This document shows, piece by piece, positions 11,303 to 23,800 of a stretch of 64,000 nt of DNA; position 1 is the first letter of the stretch; every line of letters starts with the position of its first letter. A model generated the notes under the pieces. The model did no database searches. It was not told the DNA's origin and was given only the letters and a program-made list of their open reading frames with translations. A program made the translations under genes and the position numbers. Source of the DNA: Macrostomum hystrix (taxonomy: Eukaryota > Animalia > Platyhelminthes); assembly GCA_950097015.1 (NCBI GenBank), contig CATNEN010000033.1:4030001-4094000 (forward strand). The letters run 5' to 3'.

Positions 11303-13477
11303 GTGGCTCTAGGCTTACACTCGACTAGTTTTAAAGATGTGGTCCTAGCTAGTAATAAGTATAAGCTGCAATTCGAAATTATTTGAAGTAAAATATTGAT
11401 CAGGTGGCTAGAGTCATACAACATTTTGCATCATCTTTAAAGTAGGTTAGCAACAGCTACTTTGTAATTTATTTGAATTATATATTATCATACACAACCA
11501 AACTTAAGCTAGATAAAAAGCCTATCTAACTTGAATTCTATTGTTAGAAATGTTTAACCAGGACTAAAAATGTATAGATATGTCTCAAATTCAAATTATT
11601 AAAATCATTTTTAGCTAGCCATTGTGTGAATAGCTAGCTAGTTCATTGCCATTTTAAGGAAGGCCTAAGTAAATTTACTTGGTTATGTATGGTATTAATT
11701 GAATAGCTGTTGTTGATAGCAACTTTTAATTATTATAAAATTATAATTATAATTTATAATTAAAATTATAATGAAACAAATATATGAAATCATAAATAAC
11801 ATTATGAAAGCAGATAGCTAAAGCAAAAAATATAAAAAACAAAGCCTAGTGATCATTGAAAGCATGTCCTTTGTCCCAAGCTAGCCTAAAACAACAAAAA
11901 TTAACTGGCTAGCTAAGTAAATTCAAGTAATAGTTATAAAGCATTCTTTTCACCTGTTCTTTCTTCTCCACAAACAAATAAATGGGTACCTGCACAGTTG
12001 TACTTGGCTTGCTATATCAAGATATATAGATGAGGTACATAGGTCCATGGTTTATTTATAAGAAACGTACACATAACCCACGGCTGAAGATGTATGTAAC
12101 TAGCTAATGGAGTAATAACGTAAGTCAAATAGTTTATTTTCGCAATTTTAAACCACACTCACAGTCACAGACCACAGACCACAGTTACAAGACAAATAGA
12201 AAATTGATGTATATAACTATCTATTTAACAAACCAACAAGCGGTTTTATCCGATTAATTTTCCATGGGGAAGATAGTCTGCAAAGTGAATTGCACAATGC
12301 AACGCCATCTTGTTGCATTGCATCGTATGATGCAATAACTTTTATAACAATCTCGAGATTTACTTGGAAAGTTAGAGTTTTGAAATAGTGCCAAGACACG
12401 CGCTTGTGTTTCTTGTAAGTAAAATATTACGACGAGAAAAAAGAACAAACTGCTAATTTTTTAATGCTTTCAAGGGCACGTTTTAAATCCTAATGTGCGA
12501 CAATAAAAGCCACACCGTTGTCAGGGACTTCCAGCACAGAATTGTCCATGTGGAATCCCAGAACGAGTTAGCACAGCAACTCACTCTAACGCGTCAGCTG
12601 ACTATCGATCTAGCGTCTAGATCTCAACGTTGAACAGTAGGACGGTCTATCTCGATCATCGTAAGACTACAGGCGGTCAGATAGAGCCTGCTGCATGAGG
12701 CCTGCTGCAGCTACAGACTTTACAGGATGAAATGCAGCCCAGCCCGAGCAGCTCCTTGGCCCCACAGAGTTTCAGGAACCGACTGCTGTGGTAGACGAAC
12801 TGGAACTGCTGACAAAACGTTGTGATTAATGACTCCATGCTGGGATGTCCTAGCTGAATGCATTATTATTTTTTAGAGGAGCTGAGCATTGCTTTTGTAC
12901 ATTCCAGTCCGTTTGTATGTCCAGAAAAAGAAATTGATTTCATCACTAGAAAAAAACAAATATCTATATAGCTAGCTAAAAACTTGAGACGGTTGCATCA
13001 AAGTGTTGGTTTGTATAGATCAGACATCAGATTTTCATGCTCAAACGCCATTTTCCATGTCAGAGGCGCAAGGGATATTCCAAAAGTTCCCAGAATTCGT
13101 CTATGTCCTATCTTTGCTCGCATTAGGCAGCCAATTCATAGAAATCGGCTCTGCGGTAGGATCTGCGAGGGCAACGCAAGCTTATTGGTGGCATTCATCG
13201 CATTAAGTGAAAACCATAAAGCGTATTTTTTAGCATCATTTTTTTGCCAGAATCAAACGATCCTCGATGCAACGCCTCTATAAGCGCCACTGAATTGAAT
13301 TATATTTCAATGCTGACCCTTCAATTCCTTTCACCTGCAGACGTAAAGACACGCTCATCGCGCCCCACAATGTCAGAAAGGCCATGAACCCAGTTTAATC
13401 TGCATCTTCGCAGATATAATGGTCGGTTGGTAGTAAAAATTTTACTTTCCTATTCGGCGACGCGCAGAACATAAAAC

Positions 13478-13519
13478 TTTCCCGAATATTCTCTGGGAGC
13501 TTTGGTTCTGTAAATTTCT
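13478..13519 (+). promoter_or_regulatory. Heat-shock element upstream of the sHSP gene
   Basis: Perfect 3-unit nTTCnnGAAnnTTCn (tTTCccGAAtaTTCt) at 13478-13492 and a degenerate TTCtgTAAatTTC at 13506-13518, about 270 bp before the sHSP ATG. Confidence 0.7.
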
Positions 13520-13765
13520 ATTTACGCCCATTCCTAAAAAGGACTGGGTTAGCTGTGTATACTTACCATCGAAGCGGGATCAATAAAAAGCTGCACAGGC
13601 GGAAGCCCATTAGAAGGACTGAGGTTAGAGATGTGCGCAGCGGATGGACGGGGGGCGGAGGTTGGGGAGGTTGCGCAGTGGAAGATGAAAGTCTTGAAAA
13701 GTGCTTGGCCACCAGAAATGGGTGAAATCATCAGCATCCCAAATCCAGAAGCAACTCCAGCAGCC

Positions 13766-15057
13766 ATGTCGTGGATGACTCCAGGCAATGTGTTCCGCCC
13801 GTTCTCCAGCTCCTCCGACTGGCCCTTCCGTTCAATGTTCGACGACTTCGATGTCGACGAATTCTTCAACAGCGGCCGCATTGGCACCGGGGGCAGCTTG
13901 TTCTCCGATCGGGTGAAACCGCTAGACCGGCTGAGAAGACGTCGCTACCAGCAGCAGGACGCAGCGAGCGACTTCGGAAGGCAGCCGGCTAGCCCATTTG
14001 GGGTGAGTATTCACTGGCGCGAAACCTGCATGGCCATCTCATCATCTGCAGTTCATAACCCGCTGATTTCCGCTTCAAGGCTGGAGGCACGTCACACAGC
14101 TGGTATTCGCGGGCCTCGGACACTACCACAGCGACAACGAGCGGCGGAGCAGCTTCAGCCGCCTCAGGTGTCACAGCCACGACAGCTGCCACCGCCTCAG
14201 CAGGGGCTTCGCAGTCGTCGGCAACCACTGTGGGCGCAGTCAGGACCGATTCGCCGCATCTGAAGAGCTGGACCACAGCCATCGATCTAGTTGGCTTCCG
14301 GCCGGAGGAAATCGTAGTAAAATGTGATGGCGACAAGCTGCGCATTCGGGCGCGTCGCGAGGAGGGCGAAGACTTGAACGAGGTGCGGCGAACGCTCATC
14401 ATCCCGGCCGAGGTTGACGCCGAGAAAGTTTCAACCATTCTCACGATGGAGGGCGCGCTGGTGGTAAAGGCTCCGCTATTGCAGGTCTCGCAGCACCAGC
14501 GAGGCTCCTCCGACGCCACTGGAACGGTACAGGGGGGCGGTGGCGATGCGGACACCTTGAGCTGCTGCAGCCAGCAGGACCTCAGCTGGGACGATGTCCG
14601 CAGTCTAGTCCGCGGTCCTGGCATTCCGCCGCTTAACTGCCTGGTGTCGGCCCGGAGTGCTACCGGCAGCGACGGAGCCGTCGAAAATGGAGACAAGGTG
14701 TTCCGCGCGGAGATCCTCGTTCGCGAATTTCACCCGCAGGAGATCAAGGTTCGCCAGAAGGGCGATCAGGTCTACGTGGAGGCGGAGAGCCGGCAGGAGC
14801 GGGAGGGCCAGACGGAGCTGCGGCGGATGGAGCGCAGCTTCACGCTGCCGCGCGGAGTCGATGTGGAGAATCTAGTAAGCCGCCTGACCGAGGACGGCAG
14901 GCTGCTGCTGGAGGCGTCGTTCCAGGCAGCGGAGGCGGACTCGGCTGGCGGGCGCCACGTTCCTATCGAGGGCGTGCAGCAGCAGCAGACGGCAGCGGAG
15001 TCGCCGACAGGCGGAGTCGAGGGAATTTCCAACAGGCTGGAGTGCAGCAAGCTGTGA
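13766..15057 (+). CDS. Small heat-shock protein with two tandem alpha-crystallin domains (p40/Tsp36-like), 2 exons
   Basis: Exons 13766-14002 and 14080-15057 (phase 0). N-terminal W/F/D-rich region. ACD1: IDLVGFRPEEIVVKCDGDKLRI..RRTLIIPAEVD..STILTMEGALVVKAP. ACD2: ILVREFHPQEIKVRQKGDQVYVEA..RSFTLPRGVDVENLVSRLTEDGRLLLEA. Confidence 0.88.
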
Positions 15058-15759
15058 AGCTACTCGCTCAATGAGTTTCGGAAACCATGGAGCGACTTGA
15101 AAACTTTGAAACAATTTATACAGGATGTGGGAAGCGAAGTTTCATTTTCGTAAACTGTCGTGACCTTAGCAGTTTTGCATGCTCCGTTAAATACCTGAGT
15201 TATTTTTTAGGCTAATCGAGCAGAAATTATACTCAAATGTGGCTAATTGGTTTCGCCTTGTTTAGATAAAGAATGTGTTCGATTTGCATGATACAGTTGC
15301 ATGCCGAAGTGATGTGTGCTAAAAGTATTTGCGTTCATAGCAATAGCACTGCTTTAAATCCATTTATAGGTATTCGATTTTATAAACCTAATTTAGTTTT
15401 TCGTCATGCTACTCAGATAAATACACTGTACACAGGTCTGTTCAAGTCAGCAACATTACAACTAAGCTACGAGCTGACTTTCGTTGACAAAGTGCGCACA
15501 TTGACACTCGACTAACAAGACTTCAGAGATTTTATTCTCGTGGTAAAAAAACAAAGAGCAAACTGCTCTCATGCAACACAAGTTGCGAAAGCGCCAAGAA
15601 AACGCTTTATTTTCTGGCATTGGCCCCTAAAAAGGTTTCAAATATTTCACAAAAAGAGAACAGAAAAGAGGCAGTCATTTTTCTTTGTCATTCGATTGGA
15701 GCCACTTGACGTTTGAGATAAAAACGGCGACTTCAGATTGGTACATTAGTCTCGTAAAG

Positions 15760-18700
15760 TCATCTGTTCACAGGAATGGTCATAAGGCGACACTCTAGCA
15801 CTCGCATCTGCTCTTTGGCAAGGTATTCTCCGTGCATCTTTGCAACGCGACGTATAGCGTCCACACCTTGTGACTCGGAGGCGACCGCTGTGGTCTCGTT
15901 GTAGCCATAGCCTGGGTACACCTGCTTCATGCACTTGTTTGATCCGGAACCTGAGAACGCCAGTTTGCCGACCTTCAGGGCGCCCATCTTCCACGGACAG
16001 TTGCCAGAGGTTCTGGACGGGGCGACTCTGTACGGTGTGTCAAGCCGCAGCGATCCGAAACGGCTCGAGGTGCCACCAGTTCGCTGCATGTTGTAGTACA
16101 ATGAGGTGTTGTCCGGTATGTCCTCGCGGAAGAACACGCGACAGCGAGCGGCTCTACTATAATCCATGCGGTACTTGTAGGCCGGCACCGCCATCTGCAG
16201 CATCTTGTCACAGGTGCTGATCGCGCGGAAGCTGGGACCAACGATGCGCACAATAAGAAACTTCACCCAGCGGCCCCCGGCGCAGAGCTTCTTATTGAGC
16301 AGACGCCGGGTGATCTCCAGCTGGCACTTGGTCCGGTGGCAAATCGAGCGGAAGATTGCGCTGTCATTGAGGAAGCCTTCCACCAGGCTGTCCTTCATCT
16401 CCAGGCGAAACTCCTTGTGAAATCGGAGTGCAAACACGTCTAGTTTGCCGATTATGATGCCCTCCTTCACAAGCTCGCCGGTGACTGGGTGCGGGACCAG
16501 AAAAGTCTTCTCACCTGAGCGGCTCCCTCCGCTCGAGTGCAGCTGGGCCTCCAACTCGCTTGGAATATCAGCGAACACGCGTCGCATTGTTTCTACGGTT
16601 CGCGATGAGCAGAAGTCCAGGATGGCCTTCTCGATCACGTTTGCCATCTGTGAACGAGGTTGCTCAGGATCATTCGGAAACAACGTTTTCTGCTGACTTC
16701 CACCATAAAGATTGTTAAACTGTTGATAAAAGGTGAGCAGAGGGTGGAACGGTAAGTGTGGGGTTGTGTGTTATGCATAACAAAATTCACATTTTTCATT
16801 TTAAATAAAAAACTCACGATCGGATGGCCGTCCGCGACGGGCTGACCATCACCGAAAACAGCTCGGGCGGCCATCTCCTCACCGGCCTTCTCGGAGGTTT
16901 TCAAAGACTCAGGCAGCTGCTCGAGGTCACTCGCAGTCGCTTGGTTGGTGTCAGGAGAAGTCTGCTTTGGAAAGGAAAGGAGTAGCAAAAACCACCACGG
17001 ACGCTGACTAACAAGGTTCTCTTTTGCACGCCACTTAGCCATTCCTCAACTCAATATTCCCAAGAATAATAATATTATCTTTGGAAACCGGGAGGGTGAG
17101 CAGGAAGCGGAGATGTCTGTGGAATGAGGTTGGCGTCCGTGGAGTAACGCTATAAATAAGAATACTAGCTGGATCGTTTGGTGTCATTAGACAAGGAGGC
17201 GCTCCTGGACATTCCGCCGCTGACTCCTGAGCACACACGCACACACACGCACACACTGTATGCATATACACTCCCACAGCAATGCCGATGCACATCGACT
17301 ATGACTTGCTCATCGTCAGGCAATGTACATTCTCACTCACAGTGGCCCATAAGGGCGTAAATTGCACGACAAATCCCCATGCCGTCCCTATGCGGCTGCG
17401 CCCCAAATAAATGTGGCCTCGCCGTGGAATCCAGCTCAGATACTCTGTGGAGTGAGGTTGGTGTTTCTGTGGAGATAGAAATTTAAAGAGCAGAACAATG
17501 CCTCACACTTGATTTAGCATTTTTATTGAGCGTATCTTCGTCCGCATCGTTTGCTGTATCATCTTCGTACGAATTTTTATTGAGGATATCTTCGTCCGCT
17601 TTCTTTGGAGTATCATCTTCGTCCGCTTCGTTTGCATCATCATCTTCGTCTGCATTTTTATTGAGCATATCTTCGTCCGCTTTTTTTGCAGCATCATCTT
17701 CGTCCGCTTCGTTTTCAGCATCATCTTCGTCCGCATTGTTTGCAGCATCATCTTCATCCGCATTGTTTGCAGAATCATCTTCGTCCGCATTGTTTGCAGC
17801 ATCATCTTCGTCCGCTTCGTTTGCAGCATCATCTTTGTACTCATTTTCATTATATTCTTCTTCACTATCGGTCTCGCCCGATTCAACTGCGGACACTGCG
17901 TGGGTTGGGAGATGTGGGGTTTGCGTTTTAAATAGTGGGGAAGTAATTTGCCACGAAAGCTCTTGCATTGCGTTTAGTAGAACGATTAAATGCATTCTTA
18001 ACTGAAAAGACAAGTATTCATGGCTCAATTCTCACTGTTTGTTTCCGTTGGAGAATATCTCGCTGCTATAAGGCTTTCGAGTGCGCTGTCATACATGCCC
18101 GGAACGGACTGCTGCCGATGGCTGCACTTGCTAGCTGCACTAGCCAACGCGGTGTCGCTTTTCCAGGAGCTAAGGGACGCAGAGATGCCTCTGTCTCCGG
18201 ATTTCTATAAGAGTGATGTTGGCGCTTAGCGTTTAGGAGTGAGGTTGAAGTTTGGAAGTGAGGTTGATGCTTGGGAGTGAGGTTGATGCTTGGAAGTGAG
18301 GTTGAAGTTTGGGAGTGAGGTTGATACTTGGGAGTGAGGTTGATGCTTGCGAGTGAGGTTGATGTTTGGAAGTGAGGTTGATGTTTGGAAGTGAGGTTGA
18401 TGCTTGGGAGTGAGGTTGATGCTTGGAAGTGAGATTGAAGTTTGGGAGTGAGGTTGATGCTTGGGAGTGAGGTTGATGCTTGGGAGTGAGGTTGATGCTC
18501 GGAAGTGAGGTTGATGCTTGGGAGTAAGGTTGATACTTGAGGGTGAGGTTGGCGTGTGGAAGTGAGGTTAGGTGTGGAAGTGAGATTGGTTGTGAAAGTG
18601 AGGTTAGGTGTGGAAGTGAGGTTAAGTGTGGAAGTGAGGTTAATTGTGGGGGTGAGGTTGGGGCTTTAGGAGTGAAGTTGATACATGGGAGTCAAGTTGG

Positions 18701-19355
18701 GTGTGGGGTGAGTTGGGGCTTTAGGAGTGAAGTTGATACATGGGAGTCAAGTTGGGTGTGGGGTGAGTTGGGGCTTTAGGAGTGAAGTTGATACATGGGA
18801 GTCAAGTTGGGTGTGGGGTGAGTTGCGGCTTTAGGAGTGAAGTTGATACATGGGAGTCAAGTTGGGTGTGGGGTGAGTTGGGGCTTTAGGAGTGAAGTTG
18901 ATACATGGGAGTCAAGTTGGGTGTGGGAGTGATGTTGGTGTATGTGAGAGAGGTTGGGTGTTGTAGTGAGTTTGGCGTGTGGTATTGCGGCAGATACTTG
19001 GGCATAGAGTTAGAGTGTGAGAATGAGTTTGGAGTGAGGTCATGCAATCAAGAGGTTTGACTTACAGTGCGTTTCTTCAACAGGGAATTCCGCATGACAT
19101 AAGAACCGGAGCGACGCTGGAACAACCTGCAAGCAATGGATGACAAGAATAGTGAGGTCATTGTGGTGAATTAAACAAGACTGGACGTCTGAATACTAAG
19201 AATTGATATTCGTACCGAATACGCCCAGCAGAATTAACTGTGACAACATCGACACATTCGGGTTGGACCTTGGTATCACTACTAGCAGTGGCAGTTTTGT
19301 CCTCGTTGGCAGTTTGGCAGCGAACGCTCGGCTGTCTGCTTCGTTTGGAAGTCAT
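15760..19355 (-). CDS. Uncharacterised multi-exon gene (~700 aa): disordered N-half with an acidic 9-aa repeat, C-terminal region with a degenerate KH-like fold
   Basis: An in-frame model uses exons 19355-19216, 19126-19066, 18204-18036, 17886-17507, 17466-17341, 17226-17089, 16964-16818 and 16692-15760; the middle junctions have alternatives. The last exon is a 307-codon non-repetitive ORF. Confidence 0.55.
17525..17835 (-). repeat. Coding 27-bp tandem repeat encoding (ADEDDAANN)-like units
   Basis: About 12 copies of gcatcatcttcgtccgcattgtttgca (plus strand) inside ORF 17483..18028. Confidence 0.85.
18235..18925. repeat. Intronic 19-bp array (ggagtgaggttgatgcttg)n followed by a 55-bp array
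   Basis: 19-bp copies to about 18660, then gggctttaggagtgaagttgatacatgggagtcaagttgggtgtggggtgagttg about 4.7 times. Confidence 0.92.
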
Positions 19356-19824
19356 TTCGATGCACTTTTCACAATAATTATCTACAGCATGCACATAGTT
19401 ATGCGCCCTTTGTTTATCTTGGCTATAAAATATAATTAAATCCCTACGCTAGCCTTTCCAGGATTTATTTTGACCATAGACATAAAACACCGAGTTAGAA
19501 TTTTCTGTTTTCTGGGCTGTATTTTTTTATCCCCGTCAAAACAAAAAACACATGAATCAGCGGCTGGATCAAAGTTGTCTATGGTCCAGACTGAATTGCA
19601 GCCCCTAATTGCAGACGAAGTTTGAGGGGAAAAGTGCTTTGAGCACAAATCAATAGTACATGTAGAAAGACCACGCTACTTTTTCCTGGAAAAAGACCTG
19701 CGGAAAGACCACGCTAATTTTCCTGGAAAAAGACCTGCGGAAAGACCACGGGGTATTTCAAATACCCACTGCCTACTACCCGATATCTCCCAAACCGAAT
19801 GAGTGGTTTTCGTGAATGTGGATC

Positions 19825-20078
19825 TGGGAGTCTTCAACCTGAGGATCCGGGAGTCTTCAACCTGAGGATCTGGGAGTCTTAAACCTGAGGATCTGGGAGT
19901 CTTCAACCTGAGGATCTGGGAGTCTTCAACCTGAGGATCTGGGAGTCTTCAACCTGAGGATCTTGGAGTCTTCAACCTGAGGATCTGGGAGTCTTCAACC
20001 TGAGGATCTGGGAGTCTTCATCTGAGGATCTGGGAGTCTTCATCTGAGGATCTGGGAGTCTTCAACCTGAGGATCTGT
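19825..20078. repeat. 23-bp array (ggatctgggagtcttcaacctga)n
   Basis: About 11 copies. Confidence 0.95.
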
Positions 20079-20429
20079 TGAATGCCATTGAATTAAATAG
20101 AAAAATAGCAGGAATTGCTTAAGTCCAATTGTCTCTGTTATTTGCAGTGTTTGCAAGGCACTGAATCAAAACATATTGATCCAAAACGTTCTATTAAATC
20201 AAGAGTACTGAATATTTGGATTTGGCAATGATAAAGCGTTAGCAAGTATTTGCGATAGAATCGCCTTAGAAAGCAGCGACAACTCTACAATGTACTTTTG
20301 ACCAGACTGCGGTGCGCAATGGAATCAGATAATTTGACCAGTTGGTTTATAACAAAATAGTTCTGCAGAAAATTGGAACTGCTATTAAAAACTCTCAAAC
20401 TTGATCTCTCCGACTCGACTTACAAATTA

Positions 20430-20810
20430 GAATTCAGAATCGCAGCTAGGAAATCGGAATCGCAGCTAGGAATCCAGAATCACAGCTAGGAAATCGGAAT
20501 CGCAGCTAGGAATCAAGAATCGCAGCTAGGAATTCGGAATCGGAGCTAGGAATTCGGAATCGGAGCTAGGAATTCGGAATCGCAGCTAGGAATTCGGAAT
20601 CGGAGCTAGGAATTCGAAATCGGAGCTAGGAATTCGGAATCGGAGCTAGGAATTCGGAATCGGAGCTAGGAATTCGGAATCGGAGCTAGGAATTCGGAAT
20701 CGCAGCTAGAAATTCGAAATCGCAGCTGGGAGATAGAAATCGCAGCTAGAAAATATAAATTGCAGCTAGGAATTCGGAATCGCAGCTAGTAATTCGGAAT
20801 CGTAGCTAGA
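20430..20810. repeat. 20-bp array (gaatcggagctaggaattcg)n
   Basis: About 18 copies, just 3' of EXOC3. Confidence 0.95.
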
Positions 20811-20842
20811 GCGTCCGATCTGCTGCGTCAGTCACTCCAGAT

Positions 20843-23800
20843 TCACCTGCCCGCAGGCAGCAGGGCGAACAGCCTCCTGGAGCCCGGGTTGCGCCGAGCC
20901 TTCTCCTTGTCGCTGAACATGTGCACCAGGATGCCCCGCGCTTCGTCCAGCTTGCAGTCGCCTCGCAGCATTAGCAGCGTCTCCAGCTGGTCCTGCCGGA
21001 TGTCGGGGAAGTTTCTAAGAAACGCGCTGACCTCCAGCTCGGCCATAGACATGTCCGACAGGCTGAGCAGCTCGCCTGCAGCCGACAGGGCGTCGAACTG
21101 ATCGGCCCGACAGCCCCACCGAGCAAAGCCGGTCTTCAGCACCTCGGCGTCGGATCGCAGCCGGTTGGCCACGGCGACTCGCTTGTCCTTGAAGGCCTCG
21201 CGCTTCGGTTGCAGGAGCGCCTTCAGCAGTTCGAGGCAGATCCGCTCGGATAAAATTCGCATTAGGATTCCGCGCAGGTTCTCAAACATGTCCTTGTACA
21301 CATTGTCATAGGAGTCCTGCACTGCACTCAGCACTTGCTGACCGTCTGTGACACCCGAACCCAGCTTCTGAATCCAGGCCGGCGTGAACAGGTCCTTGAA
21401 TGCGGCCTCCTGCAGGTAGGCCACCACCTCATTGGCCAGATACTCCATCCACACCTTGCTAGTCTCGAAGCAGGTGTCCTCGAGGCCCTTTTTCTTTAGG
21501 GCCAGCGACGGCTCAGAGCTGGAGTCGATTGAAGCGAGTGGGGCAGACCGATGGGACCTTAAACTCTGAGTCCATCCGCCCCTAATTCAGCTAACATCCG
21601 CCCTTAATTCAGCTAACATCCGCCCCTAATTCAGCTAACATCCGCCCCTAATTCAGCTACCATCGACCCCAAGTTCGGCGTTCATCCGCGCCTTTACTTA
21701 GCTTCCATCCGCCACAAAATATCGTTTAATCCGCCAATGAAAATTCAGATCCTATCCACTCCCTAATTCAAATCCTATCTGAATTAGAGATCCCCACAGA
21801 TCCTCAGATCCTCAAATCATGACTCACCCTTGGGCAGTGTTCTGTTTATAAAACTGGGGCATTAGCAGGATTAGTCGGTTGAGATTGTTGACACTGGCAA
21901 CCAGAATGGCCTCCATAACGATGACCTTCTGCCTATCCTCCTTTGTGTTGTTCTTGACGTCTTGCACAAAGTCAGTCACAGCGTTATTGTAAGATTTGAG
22001 CAGGTCGGTGAGCTTGTCCAAGATGGTCGAGCTCAGCAGTGCCTGGGCGTGCTTCGGCAGCTTGCTACCAACCTCGGACATCATCTCGGACAGGATAGCT
22101 GACAGGGACTGCACCAGCGATGTGTAGGTTGTATTCGTTGTCAGGTCACGCTCCGGTCGGAAACTGGACAGTGGCGAGTTATTATTTTTGTCTTTGACAG
22201 ACAGCTTCCTTTTTTAGTTAGTTTGATCGCTTACAGTGGGTCATTGCCCCAGCTCATCAGCCTGTTAGTGGGTCATTACCCCATCTCATCAGCCTGTTAG
22301 TGGGTCATTGCCCCATCTCATCAGCCTGTTAGTGGGTCATTGCCCCATCTCATCAGTCTGTTAGTGGGTCATTACCCCATCGCATCAGTCTGTTAGTGGG
22401 TCATTACCCTAGCTCATCAGCATGTTAGTGGGTCATTACCCTAGCTCATCAGCATGTTAGTGGGTCATTACCCCATCGCATCAGTCTGTTAGTGGGTCAT
22501 TGCCCCATCGCATCAGTCTGTTAGTGGGTCATTACCCCATCGCATCAGTCTGTTAGTGGGTCATTACCCCATCGCATCAGGCTGTCCTAAGTCGGCAATC
22601 TCCGCCCAGCCCAATGGCCTCCCGGGACTCACTCGGCCGCATTCCAGCTGAAGCGCTCCTTCTCGATGGTCTTGGTGAACCACTGCCAGACCTTGTCGCC
22701 GATGAGGCCGACGCTGTGGCGGATGAGCTTGTCCAGCTCATCGGGCGGCAGGAAGTGCGTGAGCAGTCCTAGTCTGGCCCGCTCGGCCTCCATGTTGAAC
22801 TGCTGAATGAAAACTCTCTCGCCCAGGTTGTCAAAGAAGGCCTTGAAGTTCTCCGTCCATTTCACCAGGGCCACGCAGTCGCGGAACTGCAACTCGTTTG
22901 CCACGGCCTGCCTGGCGAGACCCGCGACCCGCTGCTCCAGGCAGCGGTGGTAGGTCACCAGGTAGAAGTCGAAGATCTCATAGTCGGGCGGAAAGCACGG
23001 AGGGCACAGCTTCCTGGCTATGCGCAGATCTCGCTCCAGACAGTTCTGTTGATGCAGGCGCGATGATCATTTCATCTCACTGATACAGAAGGAATGATAT
23101 CCGTATAATAGCGGCTGAAATCCCAGCTTTTTTTATCACACTCCCAGTTGTTGGGATCGGAATCCCGGTTGTTGGGATCAGAATCCGGGTTGTTGGGATC
23201 AGAATCTCAGTTGTTGGGATCAGAATCCCGGCTGTTGTGATCAGAATCCCGGCTGTTGGGATCAGAATCCCGGTTTTTGGGATCAGAATCCCGGCTGTTG
23301 GGATCAGAATCCCGGTTTATGGGATCAGAATCACGGCTGTTGGGATCAGAATCCCGGTTGTTGGGATCAGAATCCCGGCTGTTGGGATCAGAATCCCGGT
23401 TGTTGGGATCAGAATCCCGGCTGTTCGGATCAGAATCCCGGTTGTTGGGATCAGAATCCCGGTTGTTGGGATCAGAATCCCGGTTGTTGGGATCAGAATC
23501 CCGGTTGTTGGGATCAGAATCCCGGTTCTTGGAATCAGAATCCCGATTTTTAGGTTCAGAATCCCAGTTTGTGTGGATCAGAGTCCCAGTTTTAGGAATC
23601 AAAATGCCTGCTTTTTGGGACCAGAATGAATTGGGATTAGAATTGTGAGGATCAGTTTAAAAATTAAATTGCAAATTACACAGGATTAGAATCAGACTTG
23701 AATCGGGTTAGAATCTAATTAAAGGGATTAGAATCCAGTTTTTTTAATCCGAATGACCCGCTGCGACAAGCAGGATACTTTTCTGTTTATTTGAGCGATT

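Noticed and set aside
12500-13290. GC-balanced patch with short ORFs and an 8-bp inverted repeat (gttgcatc)
   Set aside because: No recognisable domain, and the inverted repeat is too short and has no TSD.
13989-14696. Antisense and alternate-frame ORFs over GC-rich exons (also at 31899, 50530, 62207)
   Set aside because: Expected shadows of GC3-rich coding sequence, with no independent motifs.
23207-23648. RDSDPNN, IRIPVVG and GSESRLL ORFs
   Set aside because: 21-bp array within EXOC3 intron 2.
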